Source: Flavobacteriales bacterium (GTDB lineage Bacteria > Bacteroidota > Bacteroidia > Flavobacteriales > UBA7312). From it: DNA of 64,000 bases. Positions 1-10,498 of this stretch are shown here, in pieces. The notes under the pieces are model-generated. The model was given only the letters and a program-made list of their open reading frames with translations, was not told the DNA's origin and made no database searches. Made by a program: the position numbers and the translations under genes. The stretch covers positions 3,896-67,895 of the forward strand of contig CBFIDK010000001.1 of the NCBI GenBank assembly GCA_965661345.1, read 5' to 3'. Position 1 is the stretch's first letter, and each line of letters opens with the position of its first letter.

Positions 1-386
1 GCTTCTACTAAATCGCCAATTTTATAGGGTTTAAAAATCATTATTAGCACTCCTCCAGCAAAGTTAGATAGTGATCCTTGCAAAGCTAAACCAACGGCTA
101 AACCAGCTGCGGCAATGATTGCTGCAAAAGCGGTGATGTCTACGCCTAGTGTAGATATGACTAATAGAATAAGGATAATTTTTAACGCCCAAGCCAAAAT
201 ATTATGAAAGAAACGCTGAAGAGTAATGTCATATTTGGTTTTTGTCATAAGCTTATCCAAGCCTAACATCAATTTCCGTATTACCCATGAGCCAATTAAA
301 AATATTAAGATAGCGCCCAACACTTTAGGGCCGTAGAAAGTTATGAATTCCAATGCTCTTTCGAACAAATCATTTGCTTTATCCAT
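1..386 (-). CDS. mscS: Small-conductance mechanosensitive channel (MscS family), 3' end runs off the window
   Basis: Not in the ORF track. Manual translation from ATG at 386 gives MDKANDLFERALEFITFYGPKVLGAIL...AAAGLAVGLALQGSLSNFAGGVLIMIFKPYKIGD, the MscS TM3 signature. Confidence 0.9.
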   Translation of the reverse strand, partial: MDKANDLFERALEFITFYGPKVLGAILIFLIGSWVIRKLMLGLDKLMTKTKYDITLQRFFHNILAWALKIILILLVISTLGVDITAFAAIIAAAGLAVGLALQGSLSNFAGGVLIMIFKPYKIGDLVE

Positions 387-868
387 GTTTTAAGGTTTAA
401 AATTAATGCGTAAAACTAACTAAAATGATATGAACACACAATAAGGCTTGTTAAAATTGATGCGCTTTATTCCAAATAATATTTCGGGAAGTCATGAATG
501 CTAAAGCATTTCAAGTTTTATTTTAGCACAGCTTACTCTTGCGTACACCGTGAGAGTTTTTTTATATCCTCTCTGATAGACAGTTTTTATCTTCGTTATT
601 GGCTCAATCATAACAATACTGTAGTCCAGCAACCAAACAAGTCATGAGATACGTTTTTTTCATGTTTTTTTTCATTACTTAAGTTAATACACATTAATAG
701 TGCCAAGCACACAAAAATTGCTTGACACAAAAACATAAATGAAATGTAAAGGAAGGATCGACTCGCGAAACAAGTCCAATCAAATATACATAAATTCTTA
801 AAACACCTTTTTACAGTCAGTCAAAAAACAGTTAGCCAATTAATTTACACTCATTTCAAACATTATAG

Positions 869-876
869 TATATTTG
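869..876 (+). promoter_or_regulatory. Bacteroidota sigma-A -7 element TATATTTG upstream of dnaX
   Basis: Matches TAnnTTTG, 18 nt before ATG 895. Confidence 0.65.
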
Positions 877-894
877 TTTTCCCAAATTAAATTA

Positions 895-2646
895 ATGGAA
901 AATTTTGTTGTTTCGGCTCGTAAATACCGCCCTGCCACATTCGATACCGTGGTAGGACAACAGTCCATTACATCTACCCTCAAAAACGCCATCAAAAACC
1001 AACATCTGGCACAAGCCTTTTTGTTTTGTGGTCCCAGAGGTGTCGGTAAAACGTCTTGCGCAAGAATCTTAGCAAAGACCATAAACTGCATGAATCTCAC
1101 CGAAAATATTGAGGCCTGTGATGAATGCGAATCGTGCAAAGGTTTTAACCAAAACCACTCCTTTAACATACACGAACTTGACGCCGCCTCCAACAACGGA
1201 GTAGACAAAATTCGTGAACTCGTTGACCAAGTCCGCTTTGCTCCTCAAGTAGGGAAATACAACATCTATATCATTGATGAGGTGCACATGCTTTCACAAG
1301 CCGCTTTCAATGCCTTTCTAAAGACCTTAGAAGAGCCACCAGCACATGCCCTTTTTATTCTTGCAACAACGGAAAAACATAAAATCATTCCTACGATTTT
1401 ATCGCGTTGCCAAATATTTGATTTCAAAAGAATTCAAATAGAAGATATTGCTAAACACTTGGCCTATGTTGCCAAAAATGAAGGTGTAACTGCAGAAGAA
1501 GAAGCATTGCACACCATAGCACAAAAAGCCGATGGCGCACTAAGAGATGCCCTCTCTATTTTCGATCAAATCATCAGTTTTAGCGGCAGCAACCTAACGT
1601 ACAAAGACGTTATTGCTAACCTTAACATATTAGACTACGACTATTATTTTAAAGTTGCTGATGCGCTCAACAATAATGACATCCCTAGTGCTTTGAATTT
1701 ATTCAACGACATTCTGAACAGCGGCTTTGACGGCCACCACTTCATTAACGGTTTGGGTATGCATTTTAGGAATTTGTTAGTCGCTAAAGACCCTTCAACC
1801 CTAAGTCTTCTTGAAGAAGGAGATAATGTGAAGAAAAAGTATTTGGAGCAAAGTCAAAATTGGAATCAAGACTACCTTTTGAAAGGCTTAGAATTGTGCA
1901 ACAAAGCCGATTTAAACTACAAGCTCAGCAAAAACCAACGCTTGCTAATTGAAGTTACTTTAATGCAACTTTGTAGCCTTGACTCGCTTTCAAATTCTGC
2001 TGAAAAAAAAACTTTCGTAGTTAAAAAACAGCCTCCAAAACAGGCTGAAAGTTCTGAAAAAACTGTTCAAATCACCGAAGAAGAAGAGGTAATTAGTACT
2101 GTTCCAGAAGCAATTACAAAACATAAAATTGAACTCGAAAAAAACGATAATAAGTCAATAAAAATTGTCAATTTTAAAGATAATATTGAAAAGAAGACCA
2201 TTTCAATAAAAATAAATAAGAAAGAAAAAGAAGAGGTTAAAGAGGAAGTAAAACAAGTGTTGAACGTAAAAGAAACGCCTTTCACTTTCTCCGATTTAGA
2301 AAGCGTTTGGACTGAATACAGCACGCTCAAACAAAATGAAGGAAAACACAATTTATTCTCTATCTTGAACGAAAAAAAAATAAAGCTTGAAGAAAACTAT
2401 GCCATCACACTCACGCTTGACAATAAAGTTCAAGAAGAAGTGTTAACTGAAGAAAAAACAAACTTAGTTTACTATTTAAAAGACAAACTAAACAACGATA
2501 TCCTATCTTTGAACATTCTAGTTAAACAATTAGAACAAAAAGAATTAACGGCTTACACCGATGAGGATAAGTTCAAAAAAATGGCGGAAAAAAAACCAAT
2601 ATTAATAGATTTAAAAAACCAATTCAATCTAGAACTAGATTATTAA
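895..2646 (+). CDS. dnaX: DNA polymerase III subunit gamma/tau
   Basis: ARKYRP start motif, Walker A GPRGVGKT, Zn-binding cysteines, IDEVHML, SRC motif. Start placed at ATG 895 rather than TTG 874. Confidence 0.97.
   Translation: MENFVVSARKYRPATFDTVVGQQSITSTLKNAIKNQHLAQAFLFCGPRGVGKTSCARILAKTINCMNLTENIEACDECESCKGFNQNHSFNIHELDAASNNGVDKIRELVDQVRFAPQVGKYNIYIIDEVHMLSQAAFNAFLKTLEEPPAHALFILATTEKHKIIPTILSRCQIFDFKRIQIEDIAKHLAYVAKNEGVTAEEEALHTIAQKADGALRDALSIFDQIISFSGSNLTYKDVIANLNILDYDYYFKVADALNNNDIPSALNLFNDILNSGFDGHHFINGLGMHFRNLLVAKDPSTLSLLEEGDNVKKKYLEQSQNWNQDYLLKGLELCNKADLNYKLSKNQRLLIEVTLMQLCSLDSLSNSAEKKTFVVKKQPPKQAESSEKTVQITEEEEVISTVPEAITKHKIELEKNDNKSIKIVNFKDNIEKKTISIKINKKEKEEVKEEVKQVLNVKETPFTFSDLESVWTEYSTLKQNEGKHNLFSILNEKKIKLEENYAITLTLDNKVQEEVLTEEKTNLVYYLKDKLNNDILSLNILVKQLEQKELTAYTDEDKFKKMAEKKPILIDLKNQFNLELDY
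2002..2024 (+). other. Candidate slippage/frameshift site G-A9 in dnaX
   Basis: GAAAAAAAAACTTTCGTAGTTAA: nine A's (2003-2011), TAG (2018-2020) and TAA (2022-2024) in the two alternative frames. Confidence 0.6.
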
Positions 2647-2658
2647 TCAAAAACAATT

Positions 2659-5577
2659 ATGAAAACTAAATTAACATTTATCCTCATCTTACTTGCCTTA
2701 GGATGGATAGTATTTAACGTAACAAAGGACATGAGCAACATTAAAAACAATTATGAGAGCGTTAAGAATGACCCCATGAAATCTCGCATCTATACTTTAG
2801 ATAATGGTCTAAAAGTATACCTAACCGTTTACAAAGATGCCCCCAGAGTGCAGACTTACATAGCAGTTAGAGCGGGAAGTAAAAATGACCCTGCTGATGC
2901 TACTGGCCTTGCACATTACCTTGAACACATGCTGTTTAAGGGTACTGACAAATACGGCACATTAGATTATTCAAAAGAAGCGCCAATGCTTGAAAAAATT
3001 GAAAATCTCTACGAAGAATACCGTCAAATTGATATGGCGGACACTGAAAACAGAGACAAAATTTGGGCACAAATAGATTCTGTTTCTGGTGAGGCCGCAA
3101 AATTTGCCATAGCCAACGAATACGACAAAATGATTTCTAGTGTAGGTGCAAAAGGAACCAACGCTTATACCTCTGCTGAAGCAACCGTTTACCTCAACGA
3201 TATTCCATCAAACCAATTAAAAAAGTGGTTAGACATCGAAGCAGAGCGTTTCCGCATGCCTGTATTCCGTTTATTTCATACAGAATTAGAAGCTGTTTAT
3301 GAAGAAAAAAATATTGGAATGGATACAGACGGACGTAAAATGTTCGAAGCCCTTCTTTCTGGATTATTTAAAAAACACACCTATGGTACTCAAACTACCA
3401 TTGGAACAGTTGAGCACTTAAAAAATCCTTCAATAAAAGAAATTAGAAAATACTTTAACAAAAATTATGTGCCAAACAACATGGCAATTTGTATGTCAGG
3501 AGATTTTGATCCTGATTCTGTAATTACTTGGGTGAACGAAAAATTTGGCTCTTTTGAACGAAAAGAAGATCCCGAATTTATTCCTGGTGTTGAAGATCCT
3601 TTAACAGAATCTATAGTGAAAGATGTATATGGCCCAGATGCTGAACGTTTATACCTAGGCTATCGCTTCCCAGGCTCGAAAGACAGAGAAACACAAGTCA
3701 TGAGAATTATTGATATGATTCTTAGCAACAGCCAAGCTGGACTTATTGACCTAAACCTTAACCAAGGACAAAAAGTATTGCAAGCCAGCTGTTTCCCATA
3801 CATACTTACCGATTATAGTACGCACATCGTATATGGCTCGCCCAAGCAAGGTCAATCGCTTGATGAAGTAAAAGACTTACTAATTGGAGAAGTTGAAAAG
3901 GTTAAAAATGGTGACTTCCCAGACTGGTTAATTCCAGCCATCATTAGTGACATGAAACTATCAAAAATCAAAACATACGAAAGCAACAATTCAAGAGCTG
4001 ACGAATTTGTCAAAGCATTTATTCAAGAAATAGAATGGGAAGATTATGTCAAAGAAATGGATGTTCTTGAAAGCATTACCAAAGAAGAAGTAGTTGAAGT
4101 CGCTAACAAATACTACAATAATTATGTGTTGGTTAGAAAAAATCTTGGTGAAGATAAAAGTGTCATAAAAGTAACTAAACCCGCTATCACACCAGTTGAA
4201 GTCAATAGAGATGCACAGTCTGATTTCTTAAAAGCAATTACCGAGGCAGAAGTCAATGAAGTTGAACCAGAGTTCTTAAATTACGAAGACGATATACAAC
4301 AAACTGATATTGGCGTTCCTTTTGTACACAAACAAAACACAGAAAATAGCCGATTTAAACTATACTATATTAGTGACAGAGGAAACAATCACGATAAAAA
4401 ACTTAGTATGGCTATTGAATACTTCAACTACTTAGGAACCGAAGATATTTCTCCGGCTCAAAAGAAAGAAGAGTTCTATAAATTAGGTTGTGAAGTTTCA
4501 GTAAGCAGTCAAAATGATCAAAGTTATATTTCACTATCAGGACTTGACGATAATTTCGAAGCCTCTGTTGGTCTTTTCGAGAAACTATTATCAAATGTGG
4601 TCGGTGACGAAGAAGCGCTTGAAAATCTAAAAATGGATGTGCTTAAAAAAAGAGCAGATGCCAAATTAAACAAGCGTACCATACTGTATAGCGGAATGAA
4701 TAACTACGCTAAATACGGACCAAACAATCCGTTTACCAATACCCTATCGGACGAAGAAATCATGGCAACCACCTCTGAAGAGTTAATCGAGATTATTCGA
4801 AACTTAACTTCTTATGACCACAGAGTGCTGTACTATGGGCCTAAATCATTTGAAGATGCCTCAGCATCGGTAAAAAGTTTACACCCATTGAAAGATGATC
4901 TTATTCCAATTACAGAAATCAATGATTTTGTTGAGTTGGACATAAACAAGACATCTGTTTATGTAGTGGATTATGACATGAAACAAGCCGAAATTCTAAT
5001 GGTTTCAAAAGGAGAAACATTCAACTCTGAAAAAATGCCATTGATTAAATTACACAATGAATATTTCGGTGGAAGTATGGGAAGTATTGTTTTCCAAACC
5101 TTGAGAGAATCAAAAGCTTTAGCATATTCTGTATACAGCACTTATAGCTCTCCAAGAGAAGAAGATAAAGCGCATTACGTAATGGCGTATATTGGTACAC
5201 AAGCCGATAAACTAAAAGAAGCCATGATAGGAATGAATGAATTGCTGGATGAGCTTCCTGAAGTTGAAGCAAACTTGGAAAACGCTAAGGATGCCGTCAT
5301 TCAAAAAATTCGAACGGAAAGAATCACCAAAGACAGAGTGCTATTTAACTATGAATCAGCCAAACGACTTGGTTATGACTATGACTCAAGAAAAGACATC
5401 TATGAAAACATAGAACAATTCGACATGGCTACTCTGACAGACTTCCACAACAACTATATGAGTGGAAAAGAATATACCATTCTCGTATTAGGAGATAAAG
5501 ATAACTTAGATATAAAAACGCTTAGAGAGTACGGAGAAGTAAAATTCCTGACTTTAGAAGATGTTTTCGGTTACTAA
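2659..5577 (+). CDS. M16 family (insulinase/PqqL-like) zinc peptidase with N-terminal membrane/signal segment
   Basis: Inverted zincin motif [19 protein letters not shown]-terminal RESKALAY half; 972 aa. Confidence 0.92.
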   Translation: MKTKLTFILILLALGWIVFNVTKDMSNIKNNYESVKNDPMKSRIYTLDNGLKVYLTVYKDAPRVQTYIAVRAGSKNDPADATGLAHYLEHMLFKGTDKYGTLDYSKEAPMLEKIENLYEEYRQIDMADTENRDKIWAQIDSVSGEAAKFAIANEYDKMISSVGAKGTNAYTSAEATVYLNDIPSNQLKKWLDIEAERFRMPVFRLFHTELEAVYEEKNIGMDTDGRKMFEALLSGLFKKHTYGTQTTIGTVEHLKNPSIKEIRKYFNKNYVPNNMAICMSGDFDPDSVITWVNEKFGSFERKEDPEFIPGVEDPLTESIVKDVYGPDAERLYLGYRFPGSKDRETQVMRIIDMILSNSQAGLIDLNLNQGQKVLQASCFPYILTDYSTHIVYGSPKQGQSLDEVKDLLIGEVEKVKNGDFPDWLIPAIISDMKLSKIKTYESNNSRADEFVKAFIQEIEWEDYVKEMDVLESITKEEVVEVANKYYNNYVLVRKNLGEDKSVIKVTKPAITPVEVNRDAQSDFLKAITEAEVNEVEPEFLNYEDDIQQTDIGVPFVHKQNTENSRFKLYYISDRGNNHDKKLSMAIEYFNYLGTEDISPAQKKEEFYKLGCEVSVSSQNDQSYISLSGLDDNFEASVGLFEKLLSNVVGDEEALENLKMDVLKKRADAKLNKRTILYSGMNNYAKYGPNNPFTNTLSDEEIMATTSEELIEIIRNLTSYDHRVLYYGPKSFEDASASVKSLHPLKDDLIPITEINDFVELDINKTSVYVVDYDMKQAEILMVSKGETFNSEKMPLIKLHNEYFGGSMGSIVFQTLRESKALAYSVYSTYSSPREEDKAHYVMAYIGTQADKLKEAMIGMNELLDELPEVEANLENAKDAVIQKIRTERITKDRVLFNYESAKRLGYDYDSRKDIYENIEQFDMATLTDFHNNYMSGKEYTILVLGDKDNLDIKTLREYGEVKFLTLEDVFGY

Positions 5578-5581
5578 ATAG

Positions 5582-5589
5582 TACATTTG
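5582..5589 (+). promoter_or_regulatory. -7 promoter element TACATTTG upstream of icd
   Basis: TAnnTTTG in the short intergenic gap before ATG 5616. Confidence 0.6.
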
Positions 5590-5615
5590 CAAACTTAAAA
5601 ATTGAATATAAAATA

Positions 5616-6842
5616 ATGAGCAAAATTAAAGTAGACAATCCAGTAGTTGAGTTGGATGGAGATGAAATGACAAGAATCATTTGGAAATTTATCAAAGACA
5701 AATTAATCTTACCATACCTAGATCTAGACATTAAGTATTACGATTTAGGAATGGAAAGTCGGGACAACTCCGATGATCAAATTACTGTTGATGCTGCCAA
5801 TGCTATCAAAAAATACAAAGTAGGTATTAAATGCGCTACCATTACTCCTGACGAAGAACGTGTTGAAGAGTTTGGACTAAAGAAAATGTGGCGTTCACCA
5901 AACGGTACCATTAGAAATATTGTTGGTGGCACGGTGTTTAGAGAGCCCATTATTTGTAAAAATGTACCACGATTAGTGCCAAACTGGACGCAGCCAATCT
6001 GTATAGGTCGTCATGCTTTTGGTGACCAATACAAAGCGACAGACACGGTAATAAAAGGACAAGGAAAACTAACCATGACTTTCACTCCTGAAAATGGAGA
6101 GGAAGTTTCATGGGAAGTATATCAATTTGAGGGTCAAGGTGGCGTAGCCATGAGTATGTATAACACAGACGAATCGATTTATGGTTTTGCAAGATCATGC
6201 TTCAACCAAGCACTTGCTAAAGGATGGCCATTATATCTATCAACAAAAAACACAATCCTCAAAGCCTATGACGGACGATTCAAAGATATTTTTGAAGAAG
6301 TCTATCAAAACGAGTTTAAAGCTGAATTCGATAAAGCTGGTATTATCTACGAACATAGATTAATCGATGATATGGTAGCCTCTGCTTTAAAATGGAATGG
6401 CGCTTTTGTATGGGCGTGTAAAAACTACGATGGCGATGTACAATCTGATACTGTAGCTCAAGGTTTTGGTTCATTAGGCTTAATGACTTCTACACTTGTT
6501 ACCCCAGAAGGAGATGTAATGGAAGCTGAAGCAGCACACGGAACAGTAACTCGCCATTACAGACAACATCAACAAGGTAAGAAAACCTCAACAAATCCTA
6601 TTGCCTCTATTTTTGCTTGGACAAGAGGATTGGCATTCAGAGGAAAATTAGACAACAACCATAAACTAATTGACTTCTGTCAAACCTTAGAAGATGTTTG
6701 TGTCGAAACCGTTGAAAGTGGCATTATGACTAAAGACCTAGCGCTTTGTATTCACGGTAAAGACCTAAATGAAAGTCACTACGTCGTTACTGAAGACTTT
6801 TTAGAAGCACTAGATAATGGTTTGAAGTTGAAAATGGGTTAA
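5616..6842 (+). CDS. icd: NADP-dependent isocitrate dehydrogenase (homodimeric, subfamily II)
   Basis: [45 protein letters not shown]. Confidence 0.97.
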   Translation: MSKIKVDNPVVELDGDEMTRIIWKFIKDKLILPYLDLDIKYYDLGMESRDNSDDQITVDAANAIKKYKVGIKCATITPDEERVEEFGLKKMWRSPNGTIRNIVGGTVFREPIICKNVPRLVPNWTQPICIGRHAFGDQYKATDTVIKGQGKLTMTFTPENGEEVSWEVYQFEGQGGVAMSMYNTDESIYGFARSCFNQALAKGWPLYLSTKNTILKAYDGRFKDIFEEVYQNEFKAEFDKAGIIYEHRLIDDMVASALKWNGAFVWACKNYDGDVQSDTVAQGFGSLGLMTSTLVTPEGDVMEAEAAHGTVTRHYRQHQQGKKTSTNPIASIFAWTRGLAFRGKLDNNHKLIDFCQTLEDVCVETVESGIMTKDLALCIHGKDLNESHYVVTEDFLEALDNGLKLKMG

Positions 6843-6877
6843 AAACCATTTTTATTTTTCATTTTAAAAACCTATTT

Positions 6878-6904
6878 TTATAGGGTTAAATAATAACCCT
6901 ATAA
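6878..6904. repeat. Perfect 11-bp inverted repeat TTATAGGGTTA-N5-TAACCCTATAA just before the PNGase-like gene
   Basis: Arms at 6878-6888 and 6894-6904; ATG at 6907. Confidence 0.8.
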
Positions 6905-6906
6905 GA

Positions 6907-9900
6907 ATGAAAAAAATATCACTACTACTAGTATTCACTATCTCTTTAATAGCTTCCTTAAAAGCTCAACAAGCTGGTGACACAATTGTCATTGAATCTT
7001 TCAATTACACACAAACCTACGGCATTAACCAATGGTCTCCAGGAATGCGAGATACTGTCATTGACTTTTCTGTTTTGCCTGATGTGCCAATCGAAAAAGT
7101 ACTGATGCTGTACAATATGAGGTGCAAAGACAACAAGGTGTCAAACTCTCAAAACAGAGACCAAGGTTGTGGAGAATGGGATGCATCGTGCAACACTTAC
7201 CTTCACGACTCTACAAGAGTAGATTCTTTACTTAACACCCATCCAAATTTTACCATTTCAAACTTTAGTGGAACTTCATTTGACTTCACCACCCAAGAAG
7301 TATATGACTACTACCTTTACGAGCAAGAAAATATTAATGTAAATAGCGTGACTAATGAAGCTTCTTTCCAAATATCAAATGGTAATTTAACGGATAATGA
7401 ATCTCTCAATGGAAGTCAATATTCAGGAAAATCTCAATTCTTATACACAGCCAGCGAACTAATGTCTGCAGGCTTTAGTGCTGGAGAAATAGATGGCTTA
7501 GAATTAGAAAGCACTAATACCTCTTCAATAAACTTCCTTAAAATTAACATAAAACATACCTCATTAACGGAGTTGGACCCAAAAAATCCTAGTCTTAATG
7601 ATTTTACTGAAGTATTTAATTACAATCACAATTTTGTAAACGGTTCAAATAAAATAATTTTCTCAGCACCCTTCGTTTGGAATGGAGTGGACAACCTAAT
7701 TATTGAGTTTTCATTCACCAATTCAACATCAACTAGTGCTGTTGAGCTTTTAGCTGAAAACTCATCAAATAACAGCATCTACGCTAACAATGGTTATAGT
7801 GTAGACTTCACAGGCTATGTTGGTGTTGAAATCCCTGTTGATTCTTTATCTTCTATTTCTGATGAAATTAGCGTCTCGTGTTGGGTTAATGGCCATGCTG
7901 ATTTACTGCCATCAAACACTTCTGTTTTTGAAGCTTACGATGAAACTGACAATAGAACGTTGAATGTACATCTTCCATGGTCTAATAGTAGAATGTATTT
8001 TGACTGTGGTAACACTAGTAATAGTTATGATAGAATTGACAAAGAAGCCAATACAAATGAAATTGAAGGCCAATGGAACCATTGGGCATTTACTAAAAAC
8101 ACCACAACTGGTGAGATGAAAATTTATCTTAACGGAACCCTTTGGCACAGCGGCAATGAAAAAACAAAACCTGTTAACATTTCAAAAATGATAGTAGGTA
8201 ATGGTATAAACTTGAACTATAATTACAAGGGTCTAATTGATGAATTAAGAATTTGGAACAAAGAGTTGACGGAAAATGAAATTAATGATTGGAAAAACAT
8301 TTCAATTGATAATTCACATCCTAACTTCAACAACCTAGTAGCTTATTATAAATTTGATGAAGGGACTGATACCATTATAAATGATGATGCAAATGGACTA
8401 ATGGCTAACGCGCCAAATTCTTCCATATGGAATAATACACGAGGGAATAAACTCAATCGCTTTTTCACCTCAAACACAAAACGCCCAAAACTCGCATTAG
8501 TAAGAGGGGACTATTCCATAAGCACAACTACTATTACAACGGCCGATTCAGTTTTACAAAATCCTCATGTAGTTAGAGAATATACTATCACTCAAAATAA
8601 CGGGATTTTCGAGGATGATGAAGTGGTTGTAGTTTCAGAAAACAGTTATTGGGGAACTCTTTCTACAGTTTACAATGGAGATAGTGGACAAGAAATTTCA
8701 TCCTCAAACGTAAACGCAGAGGGTACAATTAACATTGAAACACTAGAATATTTTGGAAGATATCCATCTCAAATTGGCATAATGTCGTTCGTAACTCCCT
8801 ATGGTTTGGGCTTAGATTTAGGTCCAGAAGGAAAAACATGGACATTTGACATGACCGACTACCTGCCTATTTTCAAAGGAAAAAGAAGAATGACTATGAA
8901 TGGAGGCGGACAATGGATGGAAGATATGGACATTAAGTTTCTATTTATTTTGGGTACACCTCCAAGAGATGTACTTGACTTTCGACAAATATGGAGACCT
9001 ACTCATAGATCCTATGGCTTAATAGAAAGTGATCGTTACTTTGCGCCAAGAGATGTTAGTCTTCATCCGGATGGAAAATACTTCAAAATTCGTTCTGCCA
9101 TTACTGGACATGGACAAGAAGGTGAATTTATCCCTAGACAACACTTCATAAATATTAATGGCGGCTCCACAGAGTTTTATTGGCAAGTATGGAAAGAATG
9201 TGCAGACAATCCCATTTACCCTCAAGGAGGAACATGGATTTACGATCGTGCTGGCTGGTGTCCTGGTGCACCAACAAATGTTGAACAGTTAGATATTACA
9301 GCACAGGTTAGCAATAATTTTCAAGTAAATATTGATTATGGCGTACTAAATGCTAGTGGAACTTCTGACTACACCGTAAACAACCAAATCGTTACTTATG
9401 GAGAGATTAACCACAGCTTAGACGCAAGCGTTGTTGAAGTAATAGAACCCTCAAATAGAGTAGAATTTAGTAGGTTTAACTCCATTTGCCATACTCCAAA
9501 AGTGGTAATTAAAAATACAGGTCAAACCGAACTTACTTCACTTACGATAAAGTATTGGATAAACGATGCTCCTAATCCTCACATTTACAATTGGAGTGGA
9601 AGTCTTGAATTTGACGAAAGTGAAATTGTAAACCTACCTTCACCCCTTTCTTTGTGGTCAGCTGTTAACTCATCAGGCAATGTATTTCATGTTGAGGTAA
9701 CGTCACCAAATGGCGGTGCAGATGAATATATCCACAATAATTTTTACCATTCAAAATTTGAAATTCCAGCAGTATTACCAGAAGAAATTGTCATTTTTTT
9801 CAAAACCAATAACGCAGCTAATGAAAGTAGCTATAAAATAATTGATAGTGAAGGTAATAGCGTTTTAACTAGAAGCGGGATGACTAATGGCACCCTTTAT

Positions 9901-10356
9901 AGAGATACTATACTTTTAGAATATGGGTGCTATACGTTTAGAGTTAATGACACTGGTGATGATGGAATCGATTTCTGGGCAAATAATGATGGAAATGGAT
10001 ACTGTAGAATTTTTAAAGTCGGAGGAAATTTAGTCAAAACCTTTGAACCTGACTTTGGAGATAATATCAACTTTAACTTCACGGTTGGCTCTCCTTTAAA
10101 ATATGAAGACTTGTATGAAACGTCTTCGATAAGCGTTTATCCAAATCCAGTAGATAATATCTTTGTTGTTGAAGGAAAAGAGATTGAAAAAGCTGAAATA
10201 ACCATTCTTGATTCACAAGGGCGAAAAATAGATTTACCGTTTGATGTATCAAAAAATAAAATAACTATGAACGCTGGATTATTATCCAAAGGAATTTATC
10301 TCATTCAAATTAATGGCGATAATATCAATGAATCCAAAAGAATAATTTTAAACTAA
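6907..10356 (+). CDS. T9SS-secreted peptide-N-glycosidase F-like protein with an inserted LamG-like domain
   Basis: Signal peptide; CGEWD, FVTPYG, FDMTDYLP, ITGHG, GTWIYDRAGWCPG (PNGase-F-like); WNHWAF...IDELRIW (LamG); C-terminal VYPNP...KGIYLI (type A CTD). Confidence 0.8.
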   Translation: MKKISLLLVFTISLIASLKAQQAGDTIVIESFNYTQTYGINQWSPGMRDTVIDFSVLPDVPIEKVLMLYNMRCKDNKVSNSQNRDQGCGEWDASCNTYLHDSTRVDSLLNTHPNFTISNFSGTSFDFTTQEVYDYYLYEQENINVNSVTNEASFQISNGNLTDNESLNGSQYSGKSQFLYTASELMSAGFSAGEIDGLELESTNTSSINFLKINIKHTSLTELDPKNPSLNDFTEVFNYNHNFVNGSNKIIFSAPFVWNGVDNLIIEFSFTNSTSTSAVELLAENSSNNSIYANNGYSVDFTGYVGVEIPVDSLSSISDEISVSCWVNGHADLLPSNTSVFEAYDETDNRTLNVHLPWSNSRMYFDCGNTSNSYDRIDKEANTNEIEGQWNHWAFTKNTTTGEMKIYLNGTLWHSGNEKTKPVNISKMIVGNGINLNYNYKGLIDELRIWNKELTENEINDWKNISIDNSHPNFNNLVAYYKFDEGTDTIINDDANGLMANAPNSSIWNNTRGNKLNRFFTSNTKRPKLALVRGDYSISTTTITTADSVLQNPHVVREYTITQNNGIFEDDEVVVVSENSYWGTLSTVYNGDSGQEISSSNVNAEGTINIETLEYFGRYPSQIGIMSFVTPYGLGLDLGPEGKTWTFDMTDYLPIFKGKRRMTMNGGGQWMEDMDIKFLFILGTPPRDVLDFRQIWRPTHRSYGLIESDRYFAPRDVSLHPDGKYFKIRSAITGHGQEGEFIPRQHFININGGSTEFYWQVWKECADNPIYPQGGTWIYDRAGWCPGAPTNVEQLDITAQVSNNFQVNIDYGVLNASGTSDYTVNNQIVTYGEINHSLDASVVEVIEPSNRVEFSRFNSICHTPKVVIKNTGQTELTSLTIKYWINDAPNPHIYNWSGSLEFDESEIVNLPSPLSLWSAVNSSGNVFHVEVTSPNGGADEYIHNNFYHSKFEIPAVLPEEIVIFFKTNNAANESSYKIIDSEGNSVLTRSGMTNGTLYRDTILLEYGCYTFRVNDTGDDGIDFWANNDGNGYCRIFKVGGNLVKTFEPDFGDNINFNFTVGSPLKYEDLYETSSISVYPNPVDNIFVVEGKEIEKAEITILDSQGRKIDLPFDVSKNKITMNAGLLSKGIYLIQINGDNINESKRIILN

Positions 10357-10375
10357 TTCTATTTCTCATTTTTTT

Positions 10376-10410
10376 ACAAGAAGCACCGTAATTGGTGCTT
10401 CTTGTCTTTT
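10376..10410 (+). terminator. Intrinsic terminator hairpin
   Basis: ACAAGAAGCACC-gtaatt-GGTGCTTCTTGT followed by CTTTT. Confidence 0.8.
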
Positions 10411-10460
10411 AAAATTACAGGTTTTTAAAATCGACTGAAGTAAGGTATTTATTTTTTTAG

Positions 10461-10468
10461 TAGATTTG
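10461..10468 (+). promoter_or_regulatory. -7 promoter element TAGATTTG
   Basis: TAnnTTTG 30 nt upstream of ATG 10499. Confidence 0.6.
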
Positions 10469-10498
10469 AATAACTCAAAAATCTAAAAACAGTTTATT

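Noticed and set aside
874-894. TTG-start extension of dnaX
   Set aside because: The TTG is part of the TATATTTG promoter element, and ATG 895 matches the family N-terminus.
895-1350. Apparently higher GC in the 5' part of dnaX, suggesting recombination or a chimeric join
   Set aside because: It cannot be quantified by eye, the reading frame is intact, and it is explainable by the amino-acid composition of the conserved ATPase domain.
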